Shown: positions 1-10,180 of the stretch, one piece after another
How the letters are laid out: each line of letters starts with the position of its first letter
Position numbering within the stretch: position 1 is the stretch's first letter
Assembly (NCBI RefSeq): GCF_001457595.1
Contig: NZ_LN831039.1
Location: forward strand, 4,470,001 to 4,502,000
DNA from: Mycolicibacterium smegmatis
GTDB lineage: Bacteria > Actinomycetota > Actinomycetes > Mycobacteriales > Mycobacteriaceae
Length of the DNA stretch: 32,000 nt
Reading direction: 5' to 3'
Position numbers and translations under genes: made by a program
Notes under the pieces: model-generated
Databases searched by the model: none
What the model was told of the DNA's origin: nothing
The model's input: the letters and a program-made list of their open reading frames with translations, nothing else

Positions 1-123
1 GACGCGAACTACAGCACGCTGACCAAGATCGACAAGCGCCTGCTGCCCCCGGCCCCGGCCTACGGCGGCATCCACGCCGAACTGCGCAGCGCAGGACGGG
101 CACTCGGCACCATCTCCTACTGA
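1..123 (+). CDS. 3-prime end of an upstream CDS (partial; product unknown)
   Basis: Frame 1 is open from the window edge to TGA at 121-123. Third codon positions are almost all G/C, as in neighbouring genes. The peptide ...GRALGTISY gives no family assignment. Confidence 0.5.
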   Translation, partial: DANYSTLTKIDKRLLPPAPAYGGIHAELRSAGRALGTISY

Positions 124-135
124 AAAGGACCAGCC

Positions 136-897
136 ATGGATCTTGGACTGACCGGTAAACGCTTCGTGGTCACGGGCGGCACGCGCGGTATCGGACGCGC
201 GGTCGTCGAGGGACTGCTTGCCGAGGGCGCCGCGGTCGCGTTCTGTGCCCGCACTCCCGAGGCGGTCACCGCGACGCAGCAGGAACTCGCCGCCGACGGC
301 GTCACCGTCGTCGGCACCCCGGTCGACGTCGGTGACGGCGCCGCGGTCGCCGACTGGGTCGCGCAGAGCGCCGAGACGCTCGGCGGCCTCGACGGCGTGG
401 TGGCCAACGTGAGTGCGCTGGCCATCCCCGAGAGCCCCGAGAACTGGCGCACCAGTTTCGAGGTGGACATGATGGGCACCGTCGGGCTGGTCGACGCGGC
501 CCTGCCGCACCTTCTGAAAAGTGACGCGGGATCCATCGTGACGATCTCGAGCGTGTCGGGCCGCGAGATCGACTTCGCGGCCGGGCCGTACGGCACGTTC
601 AAGGCCGCGATCATCCACTACACCCAGGGCCTGGCGTACCAGCTCGCGGCGAAGGGCGTCCGCGCCAACTCGGTCAGCCCGGGCAACACCTACTTCGAGG
701 GCGGCGTGTGGCCCACCATCGAGAAGGACGACCCCGAGTTGTTTGCTTCTGCCCTCGCGCTCAACCCCACCGGGCGGATGGGGACGCCACGTGAGGTTGC
801 CAACGCCGTCGTGTTCCTCAGCAGCCCGGTCGCGAGCTTCATCACCGGAACGAACCTGGTGGTCGACGGTGCACTGACCCGGGGCGTGCAGTTCTGA
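136..897 (+). CDS. SDR family NAD(P)-dependent oxidoreductase (FabG-like)
   Basis: 253-aa ORF with N-terminal TGGTRGIG Rossmann motif and a Ser...YGTFK (YxxxK) catalytic motif. AAAGGA RBS lies 6-11 nt upstream of the ATG. Confidence 0.9.
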   Translation: MDLGLTGKRFVVTGGTRGIGRAVVEGLLAEGAAVAFCARTPEAVTATQQELAADGVTVVGTPVDVGDGAAVADWVAQSAETLGGLDGVVANVSALAIPESPENWRTSFEVDMMGTVGLVDAALPHLLKSDAGSIVTISSVSGREIDFAAGPYGTFKAAIIHYTQGLAYQLAAKGVRANSVSPGNTYFEGGVWPTIEKDDPELFASALALNPTGRMGTPREVANAVVFLSSPVASFITGTNLVVDGALTRGVQF

Positions 898-921
898 CGC
901 GCTCCTGACGACTGTGTGCGG

Positions 922-938
922 CGAGGGGAGCCCCCTCG
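922..938 (+). terminator. Candidate stem-loop after the SDR gene (CGAGGGG-agc-CCCCTCG)
   Basis: 7-bp GC-rich stem with 3-nt loop, 25 nt after the stop codon. No U tract follows. Confidence 0.3.
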
Positions 939-1027
939 GAAACCCTGGCATCTGGTAAGACAGTGGGACGATAGCGGACCTAAGCACTGCCGCGTCGTGA
1001 CTTCCAGACCGAGCATCAAGGGTTTTC

Positions 1028-3904
1028 ATGGCCGTATCGACCGACCGTCCCGCCGCGCGCGAAAGCGAGCACACCGGGATCGCTCGATGGATCCGTCGAC
1101 TCGCCATCCCGATCATCCTCGGCTGGATCGCGTTGCTCGGTGTCCTGGGCGCGACCGTGCCGTCGCTGGAAGAAGTCGGCCAGATGCGGTCGGTGTCGAT
1201 GAGCCCGGACTACGCGCCGTCGGTGATCGCGATGAAGCGTGTCGGCGAGGTCTTCGAGGAGTTCAAGTCCGACAGCTCGGCCATGATCGTGCTGGAGGGC
1301 GACGAGCCGCTCGGCGACGACGCGCACATCTTCTACAACGACATGGTCGACCGGCTCGAGGCCGACACCTTGCACGTGGAGCACGTCCAGGACTTCTGGG
1401 GTGACCCGCTGACCGAGGCCGGCGCGCAGAGCAACGACGGCAGGGCTGCGTACGTCCAGGTGTTCCTCGCGGGCAACATGGGTGAGGCGCTGGCCAACGA
1501 GTCGGTGCAGGCCGTGCAGGAGCTGGTCGAGGGACTCCAGCCGCCGCCCGGGGTAAAGGTGTACGTCACGGGCGGTTCGGCGCTGGCCAACGATCAGCAG
1601 ATCTCCGGTGACCGCAGCGTGCGCATCATCGAGGCGGTGACCTTCCTGGTCATCATCACGATGCTGCTCCTCGTGTACCGCTCGATCGTCACGGTGCTCA
1701 TCACGCTGTTCCTGGTGGTGATCTGCCTGCAGTCGGCGCGCGGCGTCGTGGCGTTCCTCGGCTATCACGAGCTCATCGGCCTCTCGACGTTCGCCACGCA
1801 GCTTCTCGTGACGCTGGCCATCGCGGCGTCGACCGACTACGCGATCTTCCTCATCGGCCGCTACCAGGAGGCCCGCACCCTCGGCGAGTCCAAGGAACAG
1901 GCCTACTACACGATGTTCCGCGGCACCGCCCACGTGGTGCTGGGGTCGGGCATGACCATCGCGGGCGCCACGCTGTGCCTGCACTTCACGCGGCTACCCT
2001 ACTTCCAGACCCTGGGCATCCCGATGGCCGTCGGCATGACGATCGCGGTGGTGGCGGCGCTGACGCTCGGGCCCGCGGTGATCACCGTGATGACGCGCTT
2101 CGGCAAGATCCTCGAACCCAAACGCGCGATGCGGATCCGGGGCTGGCGACGACTGGGCGCGTTCGTGGTGCGCTGGCCGGGTGCGGTGCTGATGGCCACC
2201 GTCCTGCTGTCGCTGGTGGGGTTGCTGGCCCTGCCCGGCTACCGGACCAACTACAACGACCGCAACTACCTGCCGGACGACCTGCCCGCGCAGGAAGGGT
2301 TCGCCGCGGCCGAGCGTCACTTCTCGCCGGCCAAGATGAACCCCGAACTGCTGCTCATCGAGACCGATCACGACATCCGCAACTCGGCCGACTTCCTCGT
2401 CATCGACAAGATCGCCAAGGCCGTGTTCCGCGTCCCCGGCATCGGCAGCGTCCAGGCCATCACGCGCCCGCAGGGTGAACCGCTGGAGTTCAGCACCATC
2501 CCGGCGCAGATGAGCATGGGCGGGACGCTGCAGACCATGAACCGCAAGTACATGCTCGACCGTGCCGACGACATGCTGCTGCAGGCCGACGAGATGCAGC
2601 GGACCATCGAACTGATGGGCCGCACGATCGAGCTCATGGAGGAGATGGCCGCGACCACCCACAGCATGGTGGGCAAGACGCACCTGATGGTCGAGGACGT
2701 CAAGGAACTGCGGGACAACATCTCGAACTTCGACGACTTCCTGCGTCCGCTGCGCAACTACCTGTACTGGGAACCGCACTGCTACGACATCCCGATGTGC
2801 CATTCGATGCGCTCGATCTTCGACGCGCTCGACGGCATGGACACCATGACCGAGGCCATGGAGGAACTGCTGCCTGACATGGACCGTCTCGACGCGCTCA
2901 TGCCGCGGATGGTGGCGCTGATGCCGCCGCAGATCGAGACGATGCGCAAGATGCGCACCATGATGCTCACCATGCATCAGACCCAGAAGGGTCTGCAGGA
3001 GCAGATGGGCGCCATGCAGGAGGGCCAGACCGCCATGGGCGAGGCCTTCAACACCGCCAAGAACGACGACACGTTCTATCTGCCGCCGGAGATCTTCAAC
3101 AACGCCGACTTCAAACGCGGCATGGACAGCTTCATCTCCCCCGACGGAAAAGCCGTGCGGTTCATCATCTCCCACGAGGGTGATCCGCTGACTCCCGAGG
3201 GCATCAAACTGATCGACCAGATCAAGCTGGCCGCCAAAGAGGCCATGAAGAACACTCCGTGGGAGGGTTCGAAGATCTACGTCGGCGGCACCGCCGCGGC
3301 CTTCAAGGACATGCAGGAAGGCAACAACTACGACCTGATCATCGCGGGCATCTCGGCGCTGTGCCTGATCTTCATCATCATGCTGCTGATCACGCGCAGC
3401 GTGGTCGCCGCGGCCGTCATCGTCGGCACGGTGCTGGTCTCGCTGGGCGCGTCGTTCGGGTTGTCGATTCTGGTGTGGCAGCACATCCTGGGCATCGACC
3501 TGCACTTCATGGTGATGGCGATGGCCGTCATCGTGCTGCTGGCCGTCGGCGCGGACTACAACCTGCTGCTGGTGGCACGCCTCAAGGAGGAACTGCCCGC
3601 GGGCATCAACACCGGCATCATCCGCGCCATGGGCGGCAGCGGCTCGGTGGTGACCGCGGCCGGCCTGGTGTTCGCGTTCACCATGATGTCGATGCTCGTC
3701 AGCGAGATGACGGTGGTGGCCCAGGTCGGCACCACGATCGGCATGGGTCTGCTGTTCGACACCCTGGTGATCCGGTCGTTCATGACGCCGTCGATCGCGG
3801 CGCTGCTGGGCCGGTGGTTCTGGTGGCCGCAGGTGGTGCGTGCCCGTCCCGCGCGCGGCGTTGTCGCGCGGGCGCTCGAGCGCGACAAGGCCGCGACGCA
3901 CTAG
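1028..3904 (+). CDS. MmpL family RND-type membrane transporter
   Basis: 958-aa ORF with two blocks of about 6 TM helices (e.g. [16 protein letters not shown] and [18 protein letters not shown], the MmpL signature regions). A large soluble Met-rich domain sits between them. No mmpS-size ORF lies upstream. Confidence 0.93.
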   Translation: MAVSTDRPAARESEHTGIARWIRRLAIPIILGWIALLGVLGATVPSLEEVGQMRSVSMSPDYAPSVIAMKRVGEVFEEFKSDSSAMIVLEGDEPLGDDAHIFYNDMVDRLEADTLHVEHVQDFWGDPLTEAGAQSNDGRAAYVQVFLAGNMGEALANESVQAVQELVEGLQPPPGVKVYVTGGSALANDQQISGDRSVRIIEAVTFLVIITMLLLVYRSIVTVLITLFLVVICLQSARGVVAFLGYHELIGLSTFATQLLVTLAIAASTDYAIFLIGRYQEARTLGESKEQAYYTMFRGTAHVVLGSGMTIAGATLCLHFTRLPYFQTLGIPMAVGMTIAVVAALTLGPAVITVMTRFGKILEPKRAMRIRGWRRLGAFVVRWPGAVLMATVLLSLVGLLALPGYRTNYNDRNYLPDDLPAQEGFAAAERHFSPAKMNPELLLIETDHDIRNSADFLVIDKIAKAVFRVPGIGSVQAITRPQGEPLEFSTIPAQMSMGGTLQTMNRKYMLDRADDMLLQADEMQRTIELMGRTIELMEEMAATTHSMVGKTHLMVEDVKELRDNISNFDDFLRPLRNYLYWEPHCYDIPMCHSMRSIFDALDGMDTMTEAMEELLPDMDRLDALMPRMVALMPPQIETMRKMRTMMLTMHQTQKGLQEQMGAMQEGQTAMGEAFNTAKNDDTFYLPPEIFNNADFKRGMDSFISPDGKAVRFIISHEGDPLTPEGIKLIDQIKLAAKEAMKNTPWEGSKIYVGGTAAAFKDMQEGNNYDLIIAGISALCLIFIIMLLITRSVVAAAVIVGTVLVSLGASFGLSILVWQHILGIDLHFMVMAMAVIVLLAVGADYNLLLVARLKEELPAGINTGIIRAMGGSGSVVTAAGLVFAFTMMSMLVSEMTVVAQVGTTIGMGLLFDTLVIRSFMTPSIAALLGRWFWWPQVVRARPARGVVARALERDKAATH

Positions 3905-4003
3905 GCCGGCGACCAAGATCGTTATCGGTCCGAGATGCCAACGGGCCGAACCAGTTACACGCTAATCGTCTCCGCGCGCCCGCGGCGGGCCTACGCTTGA
4001 TCC

Positions 4004-6472
4004 ATGTCCGGCCCGCCCCGCCGGTCGGGGGTCACGGTTGCCAAGCTGGCGCTGCATTGCGTGCTGGCGGGATTCCTGGCGATGTTGTTGCTGTTCCCCG
4101 TCTTCGGCGGCGGCGGCATGCTCGTGATGCGCCTGTCCGACCAGGTGGCGCAGGATTCGGAATTGGTTGTCGAGGGCGAGGTGCCCATCGTGTCGACGAT
4201 GGTCGATGCGGCAGGCAATCCGATCGCGTGGTTCTATCAGCAGCGGCGGTGGATCGTGCCCAGCGAGCGGATCGCCGACACCATTAAACTGGCGATCGTC
4301 TCGATCGAGGACAAACGCTTCGCCGAACACAACGGTGTCGACCTGCAGGGAACCCTCAACGGGCTCATCGGGTATCTGCGCGGTATCGACGACGTGCGGG
4401 GCGGTTCCACCCTCGAGCAGCAGTACGTCAAGAACTACAACCTGTTGGTTAAGGCCAGGACCCAGGCCGAACGTCGTGCCGCCGTCGAGATCAGCCCGGC
4501 CCGCAAGCTGCGCGAGATCCGGATCGCGCTGGCGCTGGACAACGCGTTGTCCAAGGGCGAGATCCTGACCCGCTACCTCAATCTCGTGTCGTTCGGGAAC
4601 GGTGCGTTCGGGGTGCAGGACGCGGCGCGGACGTACTTCGGGGTCGACGCGTCGCAACTCAACTGGCAGCAGGCGGCGCTTCTCGCGGGCCTGGTGCGGT
4701 CCACCAGCGCGCTCAACCCCTACACCAACCCCGACGGCGCGTTGTCACGCCGGAACCTCGTACTGGACACCATGATCGAGTACGTGCCCGACCGTGCGGC
4801 CGAACTGCGCGCGGCCAAGGCCACACCGCTCGGCGTGCTGCCCCGCCCCGATCCGTTGCCGCAGGGCTGCATCGGTGCGCGCGACCGCGCATTCTTCTGC
4901 GAGTACGCGCTTCAGTACCTGGCGAACGCGGGGATCAGCCCCGACGAGGTCGCGCGCAACGGCTACCTGATCCGCACCACGCTCGACCCCGTCGTGCAGG
5001 ACAGCGTGAAATCGGCGGTCGACGGTATCGCGGCGCCCACCACACGTGGCGTCGCGAGCGTGATGAGCGTGATCACGCCGGGCAAGACCGCGCACCGTGT
5101 GGTCGCGATGGCCGACAACCGCACGTACGGACTGGATCTCGACGCGGGCGAGACCATGCAACCGCAGCCCTTCTCGCTCGTCGGCGACGGCGCCGGGTCG
5201 ATCTTCAAGATCTTCACCACCGCCGCGGCGCTCGACATGGGGATGGGGATCAACGCCCGGCTCGACGTGCCGGGGAGCTTCGCGGGCCGCGGGCTGGGAA
5301 GCAGCGACACCCCCGGCTGCCCCAAGGAGACCTGGTGCGTGAGGAACGCCCGGGCCTACAGCTCACCCATGAACGTCACCGACGCGCTGGCCCAGTCCCC
5401 CAACACCGCGTTCGCCAAACTGATCTCACAGATCGGGGTGCCCCGCGCGGTCGACATGGCGGTCCGGCTGGGGCTGCGGTCCTACGCCCAGCCAGGCAGC
5501 GCCTCGGCGTACACCGACAATCCCGACGAGAGCATCGCCGACTATGTGAAGCGCCAGAACATCGGATCGTTCACGCTCGGGCCGCTCGAGCTCAACGCGC
5601 TCGAACTGTCCAACGTCGGCGCGACCCTGGCCTCCGGCGGCATGTGGTGTCCCCCGACACCCATCGACAAGGTCTTCGACCGCAACGGCAAAGAGGTGGG
5701 TGTGGAGACCGTGCCGTGCGAGCAGGCGGTGCCCGAAGGTCTCGCCAACACGCTGGCCAACGCCCTCGGCAAGGACCACACCGGCGGAACCGCAACGGGG
5801 GCAGCATCTTCGGTGGGCTGGGCGCTGCCCATGTCGGGCAAGACCGGAACCACCGAATCGCACCGTTCCTCGGCGTTCCTCGGGTTCACCAACCAATATG
5901 CCGCGGCCAACTACATTTTCGACGACTCCTCCTCACCGTCGGGTCTGTGTTCCTATCCGCTGCGCAAGTGCGGTGACGGTGACCTGTACGGCGGTACCGA
6001 ACCGGCACGGACGTGGTACACGGCGATGAAGCCGATCGCCGAGCACTTCGGCCCGATCGCCATGCCGCCGACCGACCCGCGGTACGTCGAGGGCGGTCCG
6101 GGCAGCCAGGTGCCCAGCGTCACCGGGCTGAAACTCGACGCGGCCCGCAAGAAGTTGCAGGACGCGGGCTTCCAGGTCGCCGAATACCCCACGCCGGTCA
6201 ACAGTTCCGCCACCAGAGGCTCGGTCGTCGGCACCACCCCGAGCGGACGGACCATCCCCGGGTCGGTCATCACCATCAACACCAGCACGGGTTATGTGCC
6301 GCCCCCGGTGGTGGTACGACCACCCGACGCGCCGCCGCCACCGCCCGAGGGACCTCCGCCGCCGCCCAATGTCGTGCTGATCCCCGGACTTCCGCCGATC
6401 ACCATCCCCGGTGCGCCGCCGCCCCCTCCACCGCCACCACCACCGCCTCCACCGCCGGGTACGCCGTTCTGA
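4004..6472 (+). CDS. Class A penicillin-binding protein (glycosyltransferase/transpeptidase) with C-terminal PASTA domain and Pro-rich tail; PonA2/PonA3-like
   Basis: 822 aa. N-terminal TM anchor. GT51 motifs (SIEDKRFAEHNGVD, GGSTLEQQ, RKLREI). Transpeptidase motifs (SIFK = SxxK, KTGTT). PASTA-like segment (VPSVTGLKLDAARKKLQDAGFQV...). Tail contains 14 consecutive Pro. Confidence 0.9.
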   Translation: MSGPPRRSGVTVAKLALHCVLAGFLAMLLLFPVFGGGGMLVMRLSDQVAQDSELVVEGEVPIVSTMVDAAGNPIAWFYQQRRWIVPSERIADTIKLAIVSIEDKRFAEHNGVDLQGTLNGLIGYLRGIDDVRGGSTLEQQYVKNYNLLVKARTQAERRAAVEISPARKLREIRIALALDNALSKGEILTRYLNLVSFGNGAFGVQDAARTYFGVDASQLNWQQAALLAGLVRSTSALNPYTNPDGALSRRNLVLDTMIEYVPDRAAELRAAKATPLGVLPRPDPLPQGCIGARDRAFFCEYALQYLANAGISPDEVARNGYLIRTTLDPVVQDSVKSAVDGIAAPTTRGVASVMSVITPGKTAHRVVAMADNRTYGLDLDAGETMQPQPFSLVGDGAGSIFKIFTTAAALDMGMGINARLDVPGSFAGRGLGSSDTPGCPKETWCVRNARAYSSPMNVTDALAQSPNTAFAKLISQIGVPRAVDMAVRLGLRSYAQPGSASAYTDNPDESIADYVKRQNIGSFTLGPLELNALELSNVGATLASGGMWCPPTPIDKVFDRNGKEVGVETVPCEQAVPEGLANTLANALGKDHTGGTATGAASSVGWALPMSGKTGTTESHRSSAFLGFTNQYAAANYIFDDSSSPSGLCSYPLRKCGDGDLYGGTEPARTWYTAMKPIAEHFGPIAMPPTDPRYVEGGPGSQVPSVTGLKLDAARKKLQDAGFQVAEYPTPVNSSATRGSVVGTTPSGRTIPGSVITINTSTGYVPPPVVVRPPDAPPPPPEGPPPPPNVVLIPGLPPITIPGAPPPPPPPPPPPPPPGTPF

Positions 6473-6669
6473 CAGGCCGTTCTGACGGGCCGACCACATG
6501 GAGTGGTGCGGTGTGGCGCGCATTACCCCGATCCGCCGAATGCAGCATGCCGGTGGCCGGAACCAAAAGAATCGCGCTGATTCGATCGCTATTTCCGTAA
6601 GAACGGTTACGGCAGTATTACGCGGTCATCACCACCCGCGAGTTCCCTCGGACGCGCCACGGCGCACCG

Positions 6670-8364
6670 GTGCCATCGGACTCCCGTCGATCGAAAGACC
6701 AGTCAGTGACCCGAACTTCATATCGCCGTGCCGTTCCCGGCTCCCTCGCCCTCGTGGCCGCCCTGACCCTCGCAGGTTGTGGTGGCACCACCGGCGGCGA
6801 CGAGTCCGCATCCGACGGGAACCCGGTGAGCGGGGGCTCCATCGTCTACGCGACCGACCGCGAACCCACATGCCTGGATCCCCACAACTTCGGTGACATG
6901 CCGCAGACCTACGTCGCCCGCCAGTACCTCGACAGCCTGGTCTCCGAACGTCCCGACGGTTCGGTGGTGCCGTGGCTCGCCGAATCCTGGGAGGTGTCCC
7001 CCGACGGCCTCACCTACACCTTCAAGATCAAGCAGGGAGTGAAGTTCCACGACGGCACCCCGCTGGATGCCGAGGCCGTCAAGGCGAACTTCGAGCACAT
7101 CCTCGACCCCGCCACCGAGTCGGCCACCGACGCTGGCTATCTGCGGCCCTACTACGAGAGCTCGCGCGCGATCGACCCGTCGACATTCGAGCTCAAGCTC
7201 AAGACACCGTATTCGGCGCTGCTGCCGGTGCTCTCGCAGGCCTTCTTCGGCATCCAGTCGCCCGAGGCCATGGCCCGCGGCCTCGAGGAGAACTGCCAGT
7301 CCCCCGTCGGCACCGGCCCGTTCATCGTCAAGACATGGAACCGCGGCCAGAGCGTCGAACTCGACCGCAACCCCGACTACAACTCGGCACCCGCCGACGC
7401 CAAGCACCAGGGCCCGGCCTACCTCGACCACATCAGCTGGAAGTTCATCGAGGACGGTTCGGTGCGGGCGGCCGCCGTGCAGGGCCGCGACGCCGACATC
7501 ATCTTCAACCCGCCACCACAGCAGGTCGCCGCGCTCAAGGCCGACCCCAACCTGGCGACGCAGGAGTTCACCCACACGGGTCTGCCGAACGGCATCGCGC
7601 TCAACACCTCCCGCGCGCCGTTCGACGACACCAAAGTGCGCCAGGCGTTCATCCACGGCTCCAACGCCGAGGCGGCCGTGACGAGCGCCTATCTCGGTGT
7701 CTACGAATGGGAGCACGGCCCGGTCTCGTCGACCACGCCGCACTACAAGGACCTGCGCAGCTTCTACGCCTACGACAAGGACAAGGCCGGCAAGCTGCTC
7801 GACGAGGCCGGCTGGACACAGCGTGACGCCGACGGTTACCGCACCAAAGACGGCAAACGCCTGACCGCCGAACTGGTCTACTCGGCCGACACCGGCGACA
7901 CCCCACCCGCGGATGTGACGCTGTTCCAGAACATCCAGTCCGCGGAGAAGGAGATCGGCTTCGACGTCGTGCTCAAACCGTTGCCGCAGGACCAGTACTT
8001 CGCGGCGTTCTCCGACAAGAACGCCTACGACGGGCTCACCGGCGCGTACTGGAACAGCCCCACCCCGGCCGTGCTGTCCATCGTGTTCTCGTCCGACTCG
8101 CTCAAGGCCGCACCCGGCAACAACATGAGCTGGGTCGAGAACCCGAAGATCGACGAGCTGGTCCGCGCGGCGGCGGCCACCACGGATACCGCCGAGCAGG
8201 AACGCCTTTACGGCCAGACACAGGACATCATCGCCGAGGAGGCCTACCAGCTGGGCCTGTACCCGGTGCTCACGCGCCTGGTCGCCAAGAAGAAGCTCAA
8301 GGACGTCTGGATCGAGCCGTCCGAGGGTGAGCCGGTGCTGCACGACGCCTGGTTGGCACCGTGA
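6670..8364 (+). CDS. ABC transporter substrate-binding lipoprotein, family 5 (peptide/nickel/opine type)
   Basis: 564-aa ORF with lipobox LTLAGC after a hydrophobic signal, and overall DppA/OppA-like architecture. The longest ORF starts at GTG 6670. GTG 6706 (MTRTSYRR...) would give a more typical signal peptide. Confidence 0.88.
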   Translation: MPSDSRRSKDQSVTRTSYRRAVPGSLALVAALTLAGCGGTTGGDESASDGNPVSGGSIVYATDREPTCLDPHNFGDMPQTYVARQYLDSLVSERPDGSVVPWLAESWEVSPDGLTYTFKIKQGVKFHDGTPLDAEAVKANFEHILDPATESATDAGYLRPYYESSRAIDPSTFELKLKTPYSALLPVLSQAFFGIQSPEAMARGLEENCQSPVGTGPFIVKTWNRGQSVELDRNPDYNSAPADAKHQGPAYLDHISWKFIEDGSVRAAAVQGRDADIIFNPPPQQVAALKADPNLATQEFTHTGLPNGIALNTSRAPFDDTKVRQAFIHGSNAEAAVTSAYLGVYEWEHGPVSSTTPHYKDLRSFYAYDKDKAGKLLDEAGWTQRDADGYRTKDGKRLTAELVYSADTGDTPPADVTLFQNIQSAEKEIGFDVVLKPLPQDQYFAAFSDKNAYDGLTGAYWNSPTPAVLSIVFSSDSLKAAPGNNMSWVENPKIDELVRAAAATTDTAEQERLYGQTQDIIAEEAYQLGLYPVLTRLVAKKKLKDVWIEPSEGEPVLHDAWLAP

Positions 8365-9329
8365 GCCTGGCAGAACCCGTCACCCGCCGCACCGCTTTCG
8401 GGGTGCGGCGGGTGCTCGTCCGCATCGCGGGCGTGATCGGCGTGCTCTGGGGCGCAGCGACTTTGACGTTCATCGCGCAGCAATTGATGCCCGGTGATCC
8501 CGCGCAGACGATCCTCGGCGGCGCGGGCGCCCGCCCGTCCGTCGAACAGTTGGCCGCGGTGCGTGAGCAGTACGGATTCAACGATCCGGCCGTCGTGCAG
8601 TACCTGCACTTCCTCGGTGGTCTGGTACGCGGTGACCTCGGCACGTCCTACATCCTCAAACAACCCGTGGCCGACATCATCGGGCACCATCTCGGGCCCA
8701 CCCTGACGTTGACCCTCGTGTCGCTCGTCGCCGCGTGGGTGATCGCGGTGACGGTCACCCTGCTCACCGCGCACCGGTCGCGTTGGCTCGCGAGCATCGG
8801 TTCCGGCGTGGAGATCTTCTTGGCCGCGTTGCCCCAATACTGGCTGGGCATCGTGCTTCTGGTGGTTTTCGCGATCCAGTTGCGGCTGCTGCCGGTGATC
8901 GGCGGCGACGACTTCTCGGGGCTGATCCTGCCCGCACTGACGCTCGCGCTGCCGCTGGCCGGGTACCTGGGTCAGGTCACCCGCGACGAGTTCTCGTCGG
9001 CCATGGAGCAACCGTTCGCGGTTTCGGCACGTGCCCGCGGCATGAGCGACTGGGGTGTGCGGTGGCGCCACGCGCTGCGCCACGCGGTCCTGCCCGGTCT
9101 GACGTTGTCCGGGTGGGCGCTGGGGTCGCTGTTCTCCACCGCGGTGATCGTCGAATCGGTGTTCGTCCGGCCCGGTCTGGGTCGTGTGCTCGTCGACGCC
9201 GTCACGAGCAAGGACATGCCGGTGGTGATCGGGGTGACACTGTTCGTCGCCGCGGTCTACGTGCTGGCCAACCTGCTGGTCGACATCGGCTTCGTGCGCG
9301 TCGACCCGCGTCTGCGGAGGGCCCGATGA
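8361..9329 (+). CDS. ABC transporter permease (DppB/OppB-like)
   Basis: 322 aa, multi-TM. The GTG start overlaps the upstream TGA (GTGA). Typical binding-protein-dependent transport permease layout. Confidence 0.9.
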   Translation: MSLAEPVTRRTAFGVRRVLVRIAGVIGVLWGAATLTFIAQQLMPGDPAQTILGGAGARPSVEQLAAVREQYGFNDPAVVQYLHFLGGLVRGDLGTSYILKQPVADIIGHHLGPTLTLTLVSLVAAWVIAVTVTLLTAHRSRWLASIGSGVEIFLAALPQYWLGIVLLVVFAIQLRLLPVIGGDDFSGLILPALTLALPLAGYLGQVTRDEFSSAMEQPFAVSARARGMSDWGVRWRHALRHAVLPGLTLSGWALGSLFSTAVIVESVFVRPGLGRVLVDAVTSKDMPVVIGVTLFVAAVYVLANLLVDIGFVRVDPRLRRAR

Positions 9330-10180
9330 CCGCCCTGGCCCCCGCCCGCACCTCGGTGACCTCGATCCCCAGGCGCCGGGTGCGGCCCGCCGTGATCCTG
9401 GCCGCGGCCTACCTGGCGCTCATGCTGGCCTGGGCCGTCGCGCCGGGCGCCTTCACGAGTGGCACACCGTACGACACCGACATCGAAAACCCGCTCAAAC
9501 CACCGTCTTTCGAACACTGGTTCGGCACGGACGCCTCGGGACGCGACATCTTCACGCGTGTTGTCTACGGTACGCAGAGTTCGCTGGCCATCGGTGTCGG
9601 TGCGACGGCACTCGCGCTGCTCGCCGCGATCATTCTCGGTTTCGGCGCCGGCCTGGGCGGCCGCTTCGCCGACGGCGCCATCAGCCGGTTCATCGAAGTG
9701 GTGCTATCCATCCCGGGCCTGCTGCTCGCGCTGGTGTTCATCGCGATGTTCGGTCCCGGTGTCGTCACCCAGATCCTCGCCGTGGCGATCGGCTCCGCCG
9801 TCGGCTACGCACGCATGGTGCGCGGTCAGGTCATCGCGGTCAAGGATTCCGGATACGTCCATGCCGCAACGGCACTCGGACATTCGCGCGGCCAGATCAT
9901 CCGGCGGCACGTGTTCCCCAACGCCATGCGCCCACTGGTGGTGCTCGGCACCATGGGCATCGGCCAGTCCATCGTGTGGGCGTCCTCGCTGAGCTTTCTG
10001 GGTCTCGGCGTCGCACCGCCTGCCCCGGAGTGGGGCGCGATGCTCAACGCCGGCCGCGACTTCGTCTCCACCGCATGGTGGCTGGAACTGTTCCCGGGCC
10101 TGGCCATCGTCGGCTGCACACTGGCCGTCACGGTGGTCGGCCGCTACCTGCAGCAGCGCCTCGAAGGAAGACTGTCATGA
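9326..10180 (+). CDS. ABC transporter permease (DppC/OppC-like)
   Basis: The track ORF 8735-10180 is over-extended. The in-frame ATG at 9326 overlaps the upstream stop (ATGA) and starts MTALAPART... just before the first TM. 284 aa. Confidence 0.88.
   Translation: MTALAPARTSVTSIPRRRVRPAVILAAAYLALMLAWAVAPGAFTSGTPYDTDIENPLKPPSFEHWFGTDASGRDIFTRVVYGTQSSLAIGVGATALALLAAIILGFGAGLGGRFADGAISRFIEVVLSIPGLLLALVFIAMFGPGVVTQILAVAIGSAVGYARMVRGQVIAVKDSGYVHAATALGHSRGQIIRRHVFPNAMRPLVVLGTMGIGQSIVWASSLSFLGLGVAPPAPEWGAMLNAGRDFVSTAWWLELFPGLAIVGCTLAVTVVGRYLQQRLEGRLS

Noticed and set aside
1994-3916. 640-aa ORF antisense to the MmpL gene. Similar long antisense or out-of-frame ORFs occur at 1016-1984, 6718-8343, 11616-13148, 13205-14149, 15270-16724, 16648-17964, 20855-21949 and 28384-29427.
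   Set aside because: All lie opposite or out of frame to genes with clear family signatures. Their translations are Arg/His/Gly/Asp/Pro-rich low-complexity strings with no motifs. Long spurious ORFs are expected in high-GC DNA because stop codons are AT-rich.
6330-6465. CCG/CCA-rich repetitive DNA, and the ACC/ACG-rich run at 27700-27745, considered as tandem repeats or a CRISPR-like array.
   Set aside because: Both are in-frame low-complexity coding (polyPro tail of the PBP, polyThr linker of the lipoprotein). They have no spacer-repeat periodicity.
8735-9325. N-terminal 197-aa extension of the second permease in the track ORF. Analogous extensions occur at 9976-10176, 12734-13168, 17747-17827, 18782-19009, 19278-19370, 22516-22566, 24516-24545, 25505-25648, 27859-28008, 28382-28426 and 29491-29625.
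   Set aside because: The extensions overlap the preceding genes in another frame and translate to Arg/Pro-rich junk. They end at internal starts that have an RBS or a 4-nt stop/start overlap and a proper family N-terminus.
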